Source of the DNA: Candidatus Tepidifontimicrobium thermophilum
GTDB lineage: Bacteria > Sysuimicrobiota > Sysuimicrobiia > Sysuimicrobiales > Sysuimicrobiaceae
NCBI GenBank assembly: GCA_031459915.1
Contig: JAVKHO010000003.1
Location: forward strand, 64,001 to 128,000
DNA: 64,000 nt
Reading direction: 5' to 3'
Program-made: the position numbers and the translations under genes
Part shown: piece by piece, positions 10,498-20,458 of the stretch
Numbering within the stretch: the first letter of the stretch is position 1
How the letters are laid out: every line of letters begins with the position of its first letter
The notes under the pieces: generated by a model
Seen by the model: only the letters and a program-made list of their open reading frames with translations
Databases searched by the model: none
What the model was told of the DNA's origin: nothing

Positions 10498-10531
10498 TTG
10501 TCAAGGTATTCGGTATACGGTAAACTGTCAA
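10498..10531. promoter_or_regulatory. Overlapping divergent sigma70-type promoters with a central GTATAC operator-like core
   Basis: + strand TTGTCA-N17-TAAACT (10498-10526); - strand TTGACA-N17-TACCTT (10531-10503). Confidence 0.7.
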
Positions 10532-10539
10532 CTCGAACC

Positions 10540-11241
10540 ATGGCGACCCCTCTGCCCGCGGTGGAACGGGTACGGCTGGACGAGCAGGTGTACCGCGCCC
10601 TACGCCGGGCCATCGTTCGGGGGGAGTTGGTACCGGGGCAGCGGCTGGTCCAGGAGGAGCTGGCGGGCCGGCTGGGGACCAGCCGCTTGCCCGTGCGGGA
10701 CGCCCTGCGTCAGCTGGAGCGGGACGGCCTGGTGGAAGCGGACGGCCGCGGCACGTACCACGTGGTGCGGTGGGGTCCTGAAGAGGTGGCCCGGCTGTAC
10801 GAGGTCCGGCTGTTGCTGGAGCCGCCAGCGACCGCTCGGGCCGCAGGCCGGCTGCGCCCGGACGAACTGTCGGAACTCCGGCACCTCCACGGGGTGCTGG
10901 AGGAGGCGGCCCGTACGGGGGACACGGATGCGTTCGTGGAGTACAACCAGCAGTTCCACTTCTCCATCTACCGCGCGTGCGGCAACCCGCGGCTGGTGCG
11001 GGCCATCGAGGCGGTGTGGTCCGGGCTAGCACCCCTGGCGGCTCTGGCGTTGCCTGAGCAGCTCCCCCGGTTGGTGCGGGACCACGCGGAGATCCTCCGT
11101 CACCTGGAAGCGCGGTCCGGGAGGGGCGCGGGCGCCGCCATGCGCCGACACGTGCGGCAGGCAGGGGAAGTCCTGGTGAGGTCCCTACGGTGCCGCCAAG
11201 GCGGGCCGGCAGGAGTCGGCTCGGGGTGGCGCGTACCGTAG
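10540..11241 (+). CDS. GntR-family (FCD) transcriptional regulator
   Basis: VYRALRRAIVRGELVPGQRL..SRLPVRDAL HTH; FCD region NQQFHFSIY..GNPRL. Confidence 0.92.
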   Translation: MATPLPAVERVRLDEQVYRALRRAIVRGELVPGQRLVQEELAGRLGTSRLPVRDALRQLERDGLVEADGRGTYHVVRWGPEEVARLYEVRLLLEPPATARAAGRLRPDELSELRHLHGVLEEAARTGDTDAFVEYNQQFHFSIYRACGNPRLVRAIEAVWSGLAPLAALALPEQLPRLVRDHAEILRHLEARSGRGAGAAMRRHVRQAGEVLVRSLRCRQGGPAGVGSGWRVP

Positions 11242-11273
11242 GATAGCCGGACAACCGGAAAGGGGGGAGTCGC

Positions 11274-12254
11274 GTGAAGCGGTGGGTCGTTCGCTGTGTG
11301 GGGGCTGCGTTGGCCCTGGCCCTCGCGGTCCCCGTTTGGGCTCAGGCCCGGGCCAACTGGCCGCGGAATATTACCATCGGCTCCGCTTCCATTGGCGGAG
11401 TGTACTACGTGGTGGCAGGGGGCTACGCCAAGGTGATCCAGGAGAAACTGGGGATCCCGGCCTCCAACCGGGTCACCGGTGGGCCCGTGCAGAACATCCA
11501 GCTCGTCCAGGCCAAGCAGATCGAGCTAGGACTCACCACCATGGGGCCCGCGTACGAAGGCTTGCGGGGCATTGGGTGGGCCCAGGGGACGCGCTACGAC
11601 GCGATCCGGTTCACTTGGCCCATGTACACGTCCTTCGCGCACTGGGTCACCCGGGCGGATAGCCCCATCCGGTCCGTGGCGGACCTGAACGGCCGTGTGG
11701 TGGACTTAGGCCCCCGGGGGGGCTCTGCGGAGTTCGTGGGGCACAAGGTCTTCTCCCTGTTCGGAATCCGGCCGGCCCGCATCGTGAACCTGTCTTTCGC
11801 CGAAGGGGCCAACGCCCTGCGGGACGGGCTGGTGGACGCGAACTTCGGGGTCATCGGGATCCCCGTGCCCGCATGGCTGGAGTTGTCCATCACACGGCCC
11901 GTGCGGTTCTTCGGGTTCACGCCGGAGCAGATCCAGCGGCTGACCGCAGAGTACCCCTACCTTGCCCCTGCTGCCATCCGGGCCAACGTGTACCGAGGCC
12001 AGGACTATGTCATCCGAACTGTCCAGATGTGGAACGCGGCCATCGTGCACAAGGACATGCCTGAGGACTTCGTGTACGAGCTGACGAAGGCCATGTTCGA
12101 CAACCGGGAGCTGCTGGAACAGGTACACCCCACGGGGGCGGAGACCCAGCCCGTCAACATCTACTACATCAACGCCCCCCTGCACCCGGGCGCCCTGCGG
12201 TACTACCGGGAGCGGGGCGTGCAGCTGCGCCCCGCGCACCAGCCGCCCCGCTAA
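11274..12254 (+). CDS. TAXI-family TRAP solute-binding protein
   Basis: Signal peptide, GSASIGGVYY, TGGPVQN, PLHPGALRYY. Confidence 0.92.
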   Translation: MKRWVVRCVGAALALALAVPVWAQARANWPRNITIGSASIGGVYYVVAGGYAKVIQEKLGIPASNRVTGGPVQNIQLVQAKQIELGLTTMGPAYEGLRGIGWAQGTRYDAIRFTWPMYTSFAHWVTRADSPIRSVADLNGRVVDLGPRGGSAEFVGHKVFSLFGIRPARIVNLSFAEGANALRDGLVDANFGVIGIPVPAWLELSITRPVRFFGFTPEQIQRLTAEYPYLAPAAIRANVYRGQDYVIRTVQMWNAAIVHKDMPEDFVYELTKAMFDNRELLEQVHPTGAETQPVNIYYINAPLHPGALRYYRERGVQLRPAHQPPR

Positions 12255-12293
12255 GGCCGACGGAAGGTCAACTTCTCGCCGGGGGAGACGGGG

Positions 12294-14396
12294 ATGGAGG
12301 CGCGCGGGGAGCCTGGAGCAGGGACCCTAACCGTCACCGAGGAGCAGCTGGGATCCACCGAGGAGCTCCGGGGAAGGCAGCTGTCGGGTCGGTGGTGGTT
12401 GCTGGCCCGCGTGGTGGGGGTGGCCATGGCCCTTTACCACGTGGCGGTGCTGGGCTTCTACTCCACCGACCCTCAGAAGATGTACGCCTTCCACCTGATG
12501 TTCGCGTCCCTGTTGGTGTTCCTGCTCCTGCCCGCCCGCAAGGGACAGGGGTCGGCGCCCCCCACCGCCTGGGACCTCCTCCTCGCCCTGGCCAGCGTGG
12601 GGGTGGTGGTCTACCAGCTGCTGTTCTTCTCGGAGCTGACGAACCGGGCAGGTGTGCTGCCCACCCTTGCGGACGTGGGAGTGGGCGTGTTGCTGTTGGT
12701 CGTCGTGGTGGAGATGGTTCGCCGGACCTCGGGCTGGGCCATGCCTATCCTGGGCGGGCTGTTCGTGCTGTACGCGTTCCTTGGCCCCTACCTGCCGAGC
12801 CTGTTCCGACACAATGGCTTCCCCTTCAGCACCACCATCTCGTTCCTGTTTAGCGACAACGGGATCTACAGCGCGCCCATCGCGGCCTCCGCACGGTACG
12901 TGTACCTGTTCATCCTGTTCGGGGCGTTCCTGGAGGCGTCGGGGATCGGGAAGTTCATCGTCAACCTGGGCCTGAGCCTGGCGGGCCACCGGCGGGGTGG
13001 CCCCGCCAAGGTATCCATCCTGACCAGCGCGCTGTTCGGCACCGCCTCGGGGTCCTCCGCGGCCAACGTGATGGTGGACGGCGTGATCAACGTGCCGTTG
13101 ATGAAGTCCACGGGGTTCCGCCCTTCGGTGGCGGGGGCCATCGAGGCGATGAACTCCACGGGCGGGCAGCTGGTCCCTCCCGTGATGGGGGCGGCGGCGT
13201 TCCTCATGGCAGACATCCTCGGGGTCCCCTACTCCCGAGTGGCCCTGTCGGCCCTGATCCCCGCGCTGCTGTACTACGTGGCGGCCTACTGGATGATCGA
13301 CTTCTACTCGGCCCGCAACGGGCTGCGGGGGTTGCCGCGGGACCGGCTGCCGAAGCTGGGCGCGGTGCTGGTCCAGCAGGGGTTCCTCCTGGGGCCACTC
13401 GCCCTCATCCTCGTCCTCATCATGGGGTTCGACCAGTCGCCCTTCCGGGCGGCCCTGTGGGGACTGGCCGCCACCGTGGTGGCCTCGTGGGCCGGACGCG
13501 GCGAGCGGGTGGCGCATCCGTGGGTGCTGCTGGCGGCGGTGGCGTACGGGGTAGCGAGCCGACTGGGCGCACCGTCCTTGTGGAGCTTTCTGGTCGGCTG
13601 CGCTGCCGTGGCCGGGGTGTACGCGTGGCGCCCGGAGGCCCGGGACGGCATCCGCCGCTTGGTGGACGCGCTGTATGACGGGTCCTGGAGGTCGGTGGAG
13701 ATCGCGGCCACCACCGCGGCGGCGGGCATGGTGGTGGGGATCCTGTCCCTTACGGGCCTGGGGGGTAAGCTGTCGCTGGCGCTGCTCACCCTCGCGGGCG
13801 GCAACGTCCTCCTCATGCTTGGGGTGGCCATGTTGGTGGCGCTGCTTCTGGGGATGGGGCTTCCCACCACGGCCGCCTACGCCATCATGGCCAGCACGCT
13901 CGCCCCGGCCCTGGTGCAGGCCGGGATTCCTCCCATGGCCGCGCACCTGTTCCTCTTCTACTTCGCGTGCCTGTCGGCGCTGACCCCGCCGGTGGCCCTG
14001 GCCAGCTTCGCGGCCGCCAGCCTTGCCCGGGCGCCCATGTGGGAGACGGGCTGGCAGTCGGTGCGCTTCGCACTGGCGGGCTTCATCGTGCCGTACATGT
14101 TCGTGTTCGGGCCCGCGCTGCTCATGCAGGGCCACTGGTACGAGGTGCTGTGGGCGGTCGTCACGGGAACGATCGGGACCCTGTGCCTGGGTGGTGCGGT
14201 GGTGGGCTACCTGCTCAGGCCGGCTGACCGGTTGGAACGCTTGCTTTTGTTCGGCGCCGCCCTGTTGCTCATCAAGCCCGGCCTCCTCACGGACACCGCG
14301 GGCTTTGGACTGCTGGCGGCGGTGGTGGCGCTGCAGCGCCTCCGGACCCCCGTGACGGTCCCCCAACCCGGGGGCGTAAGCACGGAACGCGTATGA
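12294..14396 (+). CDS. TRAP transporter fused 4TM/12TM permease
   Basis: GGPAK, GSSAANV, STGGQLVPPVMGAAAF, LGMGLPTT, LTPPVALASF. Confidence 0.93.
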   Translation: MEARGEPGAGTLTVTEEQLGSTEELRGRQLSGRWWLLARVVGVAMALYHVAVLGFYSTDPQKMYAFHLMFASLLVFLLLPARKGQGSAPPTAWDLLLALASVGVVVYQLLFFSELTNRAGVLPTLADVGVGVLLLVVVVEMVRRTSGWAMPILGGLFVLYAFLGPYLPSLFRHNGFPFSTTISFLFSDNGIYSAPIAASARYVYLFILFGAFLEASGIGKFIVNLGLSLAGHRRGGPAKVSILTSALFGTASGSSAANVMVDGVINVPLMKSTGFRPSVAGAIEAMNSTGGQLVPPVMGAAAFLMADILGVPYSRVALSALIPALLYYVAAYWMIDFYSARNGLRGLPRDRLPKLGAVLVQQGFLLGPLALILVLIMGFDQSPFRAALWGLAATVVASWAGRGERVAHPWVLLAAVAYGVASRLGAPSLWSFLVGCAAVAGVYAWRPEARDGIRRLVDALYDGSWRSVEIAATTAAAGMVVGILSLTGLGGKLSLALLTLAGGNVLLMLGVAMLVALLLGMGLPTTAAYAIMASTLAPALVQAGIPPMAAHLFLFYFACLSALTPPVALASFAAASLARAPMWETGWQSVRFALAGFIVPYMFVFGPALLMQGHWYEVLWAVVTGTIGTLCLGGAVVGYLLRPADRLERLLLFGAALLLIKPGLLTDTAGFGLLAAVVALQRLRTPVTVPQPGGVSTERV

Positions 14397-15244
14397 GTCC
14401 CAGCCAGAGGCGGGACTGGCTGCGGCGGCGCCTGCAGGACGGCCCTGTCCTCGTGGCGCCGGGGGTCTTCGACGCGCTCTCTGCTCGCCTGGTGGAGGTC
14501 TGCGGGTTCGAAGCGGTCTATGCCAGCGGAGGTGCCATCGCCCGGACCCTCGGTTTCCCAGACCTGGGGCTGGTGAGCCTCTGCGAGGTGGCGGAGGTGC
14601 TGCGCCGCGTCTGCCGCGCGACCCGCCTCCCCGTGGTGGCTGACGCGGACACCGGCTACGGCGGGCTGCTCAACGTCCACCGGACGGTGCGGGAGTGGGA
14701 GGAAGCGGGCGCGGCGGCGCTGCACCTGGAAGACCAGACGCTTCCCAAGCGCTGCGGCCAGTACGAGGGGATCCGTCTGGTGTCGCCCGAGGAGATGGCC
14801 GCGCGGGTGCGCGCCGCCGTGGAGGCCCGTCGGGACGGTCTTGTGGTCATCGCCCGTACCGACGCCCGGGCCGTGGAGGGCCTGGAGGCGGCAGTCGGCC
14901 GCGCGAACGTCTACGCCGAGGCGGGGGCGGAAGCCCTATTCGTCCAGGGCCTGCGCAGCCTGGAGGAGGTGGCGGAGGTGGCCCACCGCCTGCGCAGGCC
15001 CCTGGCGGTCAACGTGCCGTCGGGAGCACGGTGGCGGCCGGACGAGCTCCAGGAAGCTGGGTGCCGCCTGGCCATCTACGCGGGCGAGCTGCAGCGCGCT
15101 GCCCTGGCAGCCGTGCGGAAGGTCGCGGAGCGGCTGCGGACGCAAGGGTTCGTGGACGCCGCGGATCTGGTGCCCGAGGACGAGCGGGACAGCTTGGTGG
15201 ACACGCACCTTTGGCGGGCCCTGGCAGACCGGTACGGAGGCTGA
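14393..15244 (+). CDS. Isocitrate lyase/PEP mutase superfamily enzyme (PrpB-like)
   Basis: GVFDALSA, DADTGYG, HLEDQ..PKRCGQ, IARTDA. Confidence 0.88.
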   Translation: MSPSQRRDWLRRRLQDGPVLVAPGVFDALSARLVEVCGFEAVYASGGAIARTLGFPDLGLVSLCEVAEVLRRVCRATRLPVVADADTGYGGLLNVHRTVREWEEAGAAALHLEDQTLPKRCGQYEGIRLVSPEEMAARVRAAVEARRDGLVVIARTDARAVEGLEAAVGRANVYAEAGAEALFVQGLRSLEEVAEVAHRLRRPLAVNVPSGARWRPDELQEAGCRLAIYAGELQRAALAAVRKVAERLRTQGFVDAADLVPEDERDSLVDTHLWRALADRYGG

Positions 15245-15286
15245 GCCTGTAGGCCGTGGAGGAGGGTTTCTGGGGCATCCGGCTAA

Positions 15287-16279
15287 CTACCTGCCGATCC
15301 CCGCAGACGCCAGGGCTGCTGCCAGCTCCAGAGCCTGCCGCATCGGCCGTGGGTCCGCCAAGCCGGTACCCACGAGGTCGAAGGCGGTGCCGTGGGACGG
15401 TGTGGTCATGACGAACGGGTAGCCGACGCCCACGGACACGCCGCGATCGAAACCCAGCAGCTTCGTGGCGATCTGCGCCTGGTCGTGGTACAGGGCCACC
15501 ACCGCGTCCAGGGCACCCGACCGTGCGATACGGAAGATGTGGTCGGCGGGGTACGGACCGGAGACCGCCAGCCCCTCTTCCTGAGCTTTTCGGATGGCGG
15601 GGAGGAGGAGCCGCACCTCTTCGTCGCCCAGGGTCCCGCCCTCGCCCGCGTGAGGGTTGAGGGCAGCCACTCCCACCCGCGGCTGCTGGTTCCCTCCTTT
15701 CCGGGCCATACGGTGAGCAACCTGGATCGCCCGCAGCACCCGCTGTTCGTCCAGCAGAGAGGGGACTTCCCGGAGCGGCACGTGGGAAGTGGCGCGCGCC
15801 ACCCACAGCAGACCCGAACCCGCGGGGTGAGGGATCACGTTCGCCTCGTCGTGTTCCGCCACGCCGGCCAGGCGTGCCACGAGCTCGTACTCGTCCCTCA
15901 CCCCAAAGCCCGCTAGGCGCAGGGCTTGCTTGTTGAGGGGTGCGAACACCACGGCGTCCGCGAGGCCCGAAAGCGCCAGCTGCACCGCAGCCCGTAGCCA
16001 GGCGGCAGCTGTTCTCCCGGCCTCCGCGGACGCCCGACCCACTGCCCACCCCGCGACGGGTGGGTCCACCTGGAGGAACGGGACCGCACCCGGACGCCGA
16101 GCGGGACCGTCGGCTGGCGCCAGGGAGAGGTCGGTGCCGGCCACTTGGCAGGCCCGTGCCCAGACGTCCCGGTGCCCGATCACCACGTGCGGGCAGTCCA
16201 GGGGCTGCCCCAGTGCCTTTACCAGTACCTCGGGCCCGATCCCCGACGGGTCTCCCATAGCGATAGCAAGTCTTGCCAA
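15287..16279 (-). CDS. PdxA-family dehydrogenase (4-hydroxythreonine-4-phosphate/acid-sugar-phosphate dehydrogenase-like)
   Basis: TTG start with GGAGG RBS; MGDPSGIGPE, TSHVPL, LNPHAGE, YHDQ, HGTAFD. Confidence 0.88.
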   Translation of the reverse strand: MARLAIAMGDPSGIGPEVLVKALGQPLDCPHVVIGHRDVWARACQVAGTDLSLAPADGPARRPGAVPFLQVDPPVAGWAVGRASAEAGRTAAAWLRAAVQLALSGLADAVVFAPLNKQALRLAGFGVRDEYELVARLAGVAEHDEANVIPHPAGSGLLWVARATSHVPLREVPSLLDEQRVLRAIQVAHRMARKGGNQQPRVGVAALNPHAGEGGTLGDEEVRLLLPAIRKAQEEGLAVSGPYPADHIFRIARSGALDAVVALYHDQAQIATKLLGFDRGVSVGVGYPFVMTTPSHGTAFDLVGTGLADPRPMRQALELAAALASAGIGR

Positions 16280-16317
16280 CCTCCCACCTCCGGCCGGCAG
16301 GAGTCCGGACAGGTATG

Positions 16318-16327
16318 CTGTATACAG
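16318..16327. promoter_or_regulatory. Palindromic GntR-type operator candidate CTGTATACAG
   Basis: Perfect 10-bp palindrome between the divergent pdxA-like and prpD-like genes; a GntR gene lies in the rightward operon. Confidence 0.5.
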
Positions 16328-16357
16328 TACACCAGATCCAGGTCTTGGAGGCACGTC

Positions 16358-17737
16358 GTGGGGCTGACCGCTGAGATCGCGCGCTTCGTGCTGGAGAACC
16401 CTCCGATTCCCGATTCGGTGCTGGAAAGGGCCACCCGCCACCTGGTGGACGGGGTGGCGGTCATGCTGGCGGGCGCGGCCGCAGAGTCCGGCCGGATCTC
16501 CCGCGAGCACCTGCGAGAGCTAGGCGGCAAGCCTCAGGCCGTCGTGGTGGGCTCGAGGCTGCGGGCACCCTTGCAACTGGCCGCGTGGGCTAACGGTACC
16601 GCGGCCCACGCCCTGGACTACGACGACACCCAGCTGGCCACCGACCCGCGGAGCGTCTACGGCCTCCTCACCCACCCCACCGCACCGGTCCTGCCGGCCG
16701 CCCTCGCCGCGGCGGAGTATGTGGGAGCTTCGGGGGCGGAGTTCCTGGACGCGTACGTGGTGGGCGTGGAGGTGGCCTGCAGGACCGCGGACGCGGTGGA
16801 CCCGCGGCACTACCGCGACGGGTTCCACTCCACGGGTACCCTGGGCACCTTCGGGGCCTGCGCGGCCGCGGCGCGGCTTGTCCGGTGCGACCTGGACCAG
16901 ACCCTTCGGGCGTTCGGTCTGGCCGCCAGCATGGCTGCAGGCCTCCGGGAGAACTTTGGCACCATGACCAAACCCTTCCACGCGGGCCGCGCGGCGGAGA
17001 ACGGGGTGCTGGCGGTGCTGCTAGCCCGGCGCGGCTGGACCGCGGCCACCAACATCCTGGAGGCCAAGCGCGGCTTCTACAGCGCCGCCGCGGGCGGCTA
17101 CGACGCCTCGAAGATCGAGGGGAGGCTGGGGAACCCCTACTTCTTCGAAAGTCCCGGGATCTCCATCAAGCCGTACCCGTCCGGGTCGCTGTCCCACCCG
17201 GCGCAGGACGTCCTGCTGGAGCTGGTCCGGGAGCACGAGGTGCGGCCCGAGGACGTGGAGCGCATTGAGGTCGGGGTGAATTCCCACGTGCCCAACGCCC
17301 TCATCCACACGAGGCCGCAGACGGCCCTGGAGGCCAAGTTCAGCCTGCAGTTCCAGATGGCCGTGGGGGTGGTGGACCGGCGGGCCGGACTGGCGCAGTT
17401 CACGGACGACCGGGTCCGGGACCCGCAGGTGCGGGCGCTCATGGAACGGGTGCACGTGTACGTGGACCCTGAGATCGAGGCCCTGGGGTACAACGAGATG
17501 CGCATGAAGGTGGCGATCCACCTCCGTGACGGCCGCGTTCTCTCAGGTCGGGCGGACATGGCCCGCGGACACCCGCGCAAACCCCTGTCCCGCCAGGAGG
17601 TGTCGGAAAAGTTCCTGGAGTGCGCGGCTCTGGTCATGCCGCCGGAGCGGGCGCGCCGGCTGCTGGACGCCCTGTGGAACGTCCGGGGACACTCCGTGGC
17701 AGACCTGGTGCCCCTGCTGGAGGGTGAGGCCCCGTGA
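16358..17737 (+). CDS. MmgE/PrpD-family protein
   Basis: GGAGG RBS then GTG; NGTAAHALDYDD, GFHST, KPFHAG, KPYPS, AKFS. Confidence 0.9.
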   Translation: MGLTAEIARFVLENPPIPDSVLERATRHLVDGVAVMLAGAAAESGRISREHLRELGGKPQAVVVGSRLRAPLQLAAWANGTAAHALDYDDTQLATDPRSVYGLLTHPTAPVLPAALAAAEYVGASGAEFLDAYVVGVEVACRTADAVDPRHYRDGFHSTGTLGTFGACAAAARLVRCDLDQTLRAFGLAASMAAGLRENFGTMTKPFHAGRAAENGVLAVLLARRGWTAATNILEAKRGFYSAAAGGYDASKIEGRLGNPYFFESPGISIKPYPSGSLSHPAQDVLLELVREHEVRPEDVERIEVGVNSHVPNALIHTRPQTALEAKFSLQFQMAVGVVDRRAGLAQFTDDRVRDPQVRALMERVHVYVDPEIEALGYNEMRMKVAIHLRDGRVLSGRADMARGHPRKPLSRQEVSEKFLECAALVMPPERARRLLDALWNVRGHSVADLVPLLEGEAP

Positions 17738-18792
17738 GGACGTACCGCATCGCGGTGATCCCGGGGGACGGCATCGGCCGAGAGGTGGTCCCGGAAGGCG
17801 TGCGGGTGCTGCAGGCCGCGGCGCGCCGGTTTGGCTTCAGCGTGGACACAGTGGAGTTCCCGTGGGGGTGTGGGTACTACCTCCAGCACGGGGCGATGAT
17901 GCCCTCCGACGGCCTCGAGCAGCTCCGGGCCTTCGACGCTATCCTCCTCGGTGCCGTGGGCGACCCTCGCGTCCCCGACCACGTGTCCCTGTGGGGCCTG
18001 CTGCTGCGGATCCGCAAGGGCTTCGACCTTTATGTGAATTTGCGCCCTGTACGGCTGCTGGAGGGAGTGCCCGGCCCGCTGGCGGGGCGCGGGCCCGCCG
18101 ACGTGGACATGGTGTTCGTTCGGGAGAACACGGAGGGCGAGTACGCGGGCGTGGGAGGCCGCGTGGGGGAGGGGACGCCGGACGAGGTCGCCTTGCAGAC
18201 CGCCGTGTACACCCGCCGCGGGACCGAACGCATCCTCCGCTATGCCTTCCAGCTGGCCCAGCGACGCCGGCGGCGTCTGGCGTCTGTCACCAAGTCCAAC
18301 GCCCTGCAGTACACCGCGGTCCTCTGGGACGAGGTCACGGAGCGGGTGGCCCGCGACTACCCGGAGGTAGAGGTCTGGCGGCTGCACGTGGACGCGGCGG
18401 CGTACCATATGGTGCTCAACCCCCAGCGCTTCGACGTGGTGGTGGGTTCCAATCTGTACGCGGACATCCTCACGGACCTGGGGGCAGCCCTGCAGGGGAG
18501 CCTGGGGTTGGCCGCCAGTGCCAACCTGGACCCTACCCGGCGGTCCCCGTCTCTGTTCGAGCCCGTCCACGGCTCGGCGCCGGACATCGCGGGACGGGGC
18601 GTCGCTAACCCCTTGGCCACCTTCTGGTCGGTGTCCCTGATGCTGGATCACCTGGGGGAAGCGGAGGCCTCGGCGGCGGTGTTGGACGCCGTCCGCAGGG
18701 TCGTGCGGGAACCCGACGTGCGCCCACCTGACCTGGGCGGGCGGGCGAGCACGCGCCAGGTCACGGAGGCCGTCCTGGAGGTCCTTCGGTGA
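17734..18792 (+). CDS. Tartrate/D-malate dehydrogenase (beta-decarboxylating dehydrogenase family)
   Basis: IPGDGIG, VPDHVSLWGLL, RENTEGEY, TKSN, FEPVHGSAPDIAG. Confidence 0.88.
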   Translation: MRTYRIAVIPGDGIGREVVPEGVRVLQAAARRFGFSVDTVEFPWGCGYYLQHGAMMPSDGLEQLRAFDAILLGAVGDPRVPDHVSLWGLLLRIRKGFDLYVNLRPVRLLEGVPGPLAGRGPADVDMVFVRENTEGEYAGVGGRVGEGTPDEVALQTAVYTRRGTERILRYAFQLAQRRRRRLASVTKSNALQYTAVLWDEVTERVARDYPEVEVWRLHVDAAAYHMVLNPQRFDVVVGSNLYADILTDLGAALQGSLGLAASANLDPTRRSPSLFEPVHGSAPDIAGRGVANPLATFWSVSLMLDHLGEAEASAAVLDAVRRVVREPDVRPPDLGGRASTRQVTEAVLEVLR

Positions 18793-19460
18793 ACAGCAGC
18801 CTGCTGGTGGAGACGCGTCCGACCCGGGAGCGGGTGCTGGAGAAGCTGCGCGAGGCGATCCTGTCCGGTCGGTTCCAGCCCGGCGAGCGGCTGGTGGAGC
18901 GGGAGCTGGTGGAGCTGCTGGGAGTGAGTCGCACGCCGATCCGGGAAGCGCTGCGCAAGTTGGAACTGGAAGGGCTTGTCACCACGGTCCCGTACCGGGG
19001 CCCGGTGGTGACGCGGCCGACCCTCCAGGACGCCCAGCAGCTGTACGAAGTCCGGGCGGCCTTGGAGGGACAGGCCACGCGGCTGCTGGCGGCCCGGGCG
19101 CAGGCGGAGGACGTGGCGTGCCTCGAGCGCTGCGTGCAGGAAGCGGAGGAGGCAGTCCAGGCGGGCGACGTACGGGCGGTGCTGGCGGCCAACAACACGT
19201 TCCACGACGAGCTGGCACGCCGGTGTGGCAATGCCCTGCTGGAGTCCCTGATCGACAACCTCCGCAACCGCATCATCCTGCTGCGGGTGGAGTCGCTGTC
19301 GTTGCCGGGCCGGCCGCCGCAGTCGGTAGCCGAGCACCGGGAGATCGTCGAGCAGCTTCGCGCGGGGAACCCGGACGGGGCCCGTGAGGCCATGGAACGG
19401 CACATCCTGCGGGCGTGGGAGGCAGCCCGGCGACAGCTCGCGGAGGAGGGTAACCGGTGA
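18789..19460 (+). CDS. GntR-family (FCD) transcriptional regulator
   Basis: LREAILSGRFQPGERLVE..VSRTPIREAL; NNTFHDEL..GNALL. Confidence 0.92.
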   Translation: MNSSLLVETRPTRERVLEKLREAILSGRFQPGERLVERELVELLGVSRTPIREALRKLELEGLVTTVPYRGPVVTRPTLQDAQQLYEVRAALEGQATRLLAARAQAEDVACLERCVQEAEEAVQAGDVRAVLAANNTFHDELARRCGNALLESLIDNLRNRIILLRVESLSLPGRPPQSVAEHREIVEQLRAGNPDGAREAMERHILRAWEAARRQLAEEGNR

Positions 19461-20437
19461 ACCCCAAGATGGCCATCACCGCGCGCCGCGTGTTCGAGCA
19501 GGTACTCGCCGTCCGCCCCGGGGAACGGGTGGTGATCGTGACCGACTTCGAGCGGCCCCGTACCATCACAGACCTCCTGGCCGCGACGGGGACCCTCTTG
19601 GGCTGCGACGTGGTGGTGGTGGCCATGAACGCGCGGGAGATGGGCGGCGAGGAGCCCCCGCCCGCGGTGGCCGCAGCCATGCGGGAAGCGGACGCGGTGA
19701 TCGTGCAGACCAGCCACTCCATGACCCATACGAACGCGGAGCGGGAGGCCCTGCGGGCGGGCGCCCGCGTCTGCAACGTCCGCGAGGTAGACGAGGAGAT
19801 GATGGTCCGAGGCGGCATGACCGCGGACTACGAGGTGGTGGACCGCATCACCCGTCGGGCTGTGGAGCTCCTCACCGCGGCCCGCACCGCCCGCATCACC
19901 ACTCCCGAAGGGACAGACCTGCGCATGGACCTGGACGGCCGGCCCGCGTTCGGGCTGTCGGGGTTCGCCCGGGAGCCGGGCCAGTTCTCAGGATTGCCCG
20001 ACGGCGAGGCGGCCATTGCGCCCGTGGAGGGCACCACGGAGGGGGTTCTGGTGAACCCTTACCTGATCGAGAAGGTCGGCCCGGTCCGGGAGCCGTTCCG
20101 CCTGGAGGTGGAAGACGGGCGGATCGTGCGGGTGGAGGGGGGCGTGGAAGCGCAGACCCTGCGGGAGATCCTGGAGCGCAAGGACCCTGGCGCCCGGAAC
20201 TTCGCCGCGGAGCTGGCCCTGGGCACCAACCCCGCCTGCCGGACGATTCCCAAGAGCCGGGAAGTGAAGAAGCGGCTGGGCCAGGCCCACGTGGCCCTGG
20301 GCGACAACCTGAGCCTCGCGGGTACCGTGGAGAGCAGCGTGCACCTCGACATCATCCTGCTGCGCCCCACGGTCGCCCTAGACGGAGAGGTCGTGCTGCA
20401 GGACGGAGAGCCGTTGTTCGCACGCGGACTGGTCTGA
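19457..20437 (+). CDS. M29/leucyl-aminopeptidase-like metalloprotein
   Basis: GEEPP, SMTHT, LPDGE, AELALGTNP, HVALGDN, VHLD. Confidence 0.75.
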   Translation: MNPKMAITARRVFEQVLAVRPGERVVIVTDFERPRTITDLLAATGTLLGCDVVVVAMNAREMGGEEPPPAVAAAMREADAVIVQTSHSMTHTNAEREALRAGARVCNVREVDEEMMVRGGMTADYEVVDRITRRAVELLTAARTARITTPEGTDLRMDLDGRPAFGLSGFAREPGQFSGLPDGEAAIAPVEGTTEGVLVNPYLIEKVGPVREPFRLEVEDGRIVRVEGGVEAQTLREILERKDPGARNFAAELALGTNPACRTIPKSREVKKRLGQAHVALGDNLSLAGTVESSVHLDIILLRPTVALDGEVVLQDGEPLFARGLV

Positions 20438-20458
20438 CGACGGAAGGGGGGATGGTCG

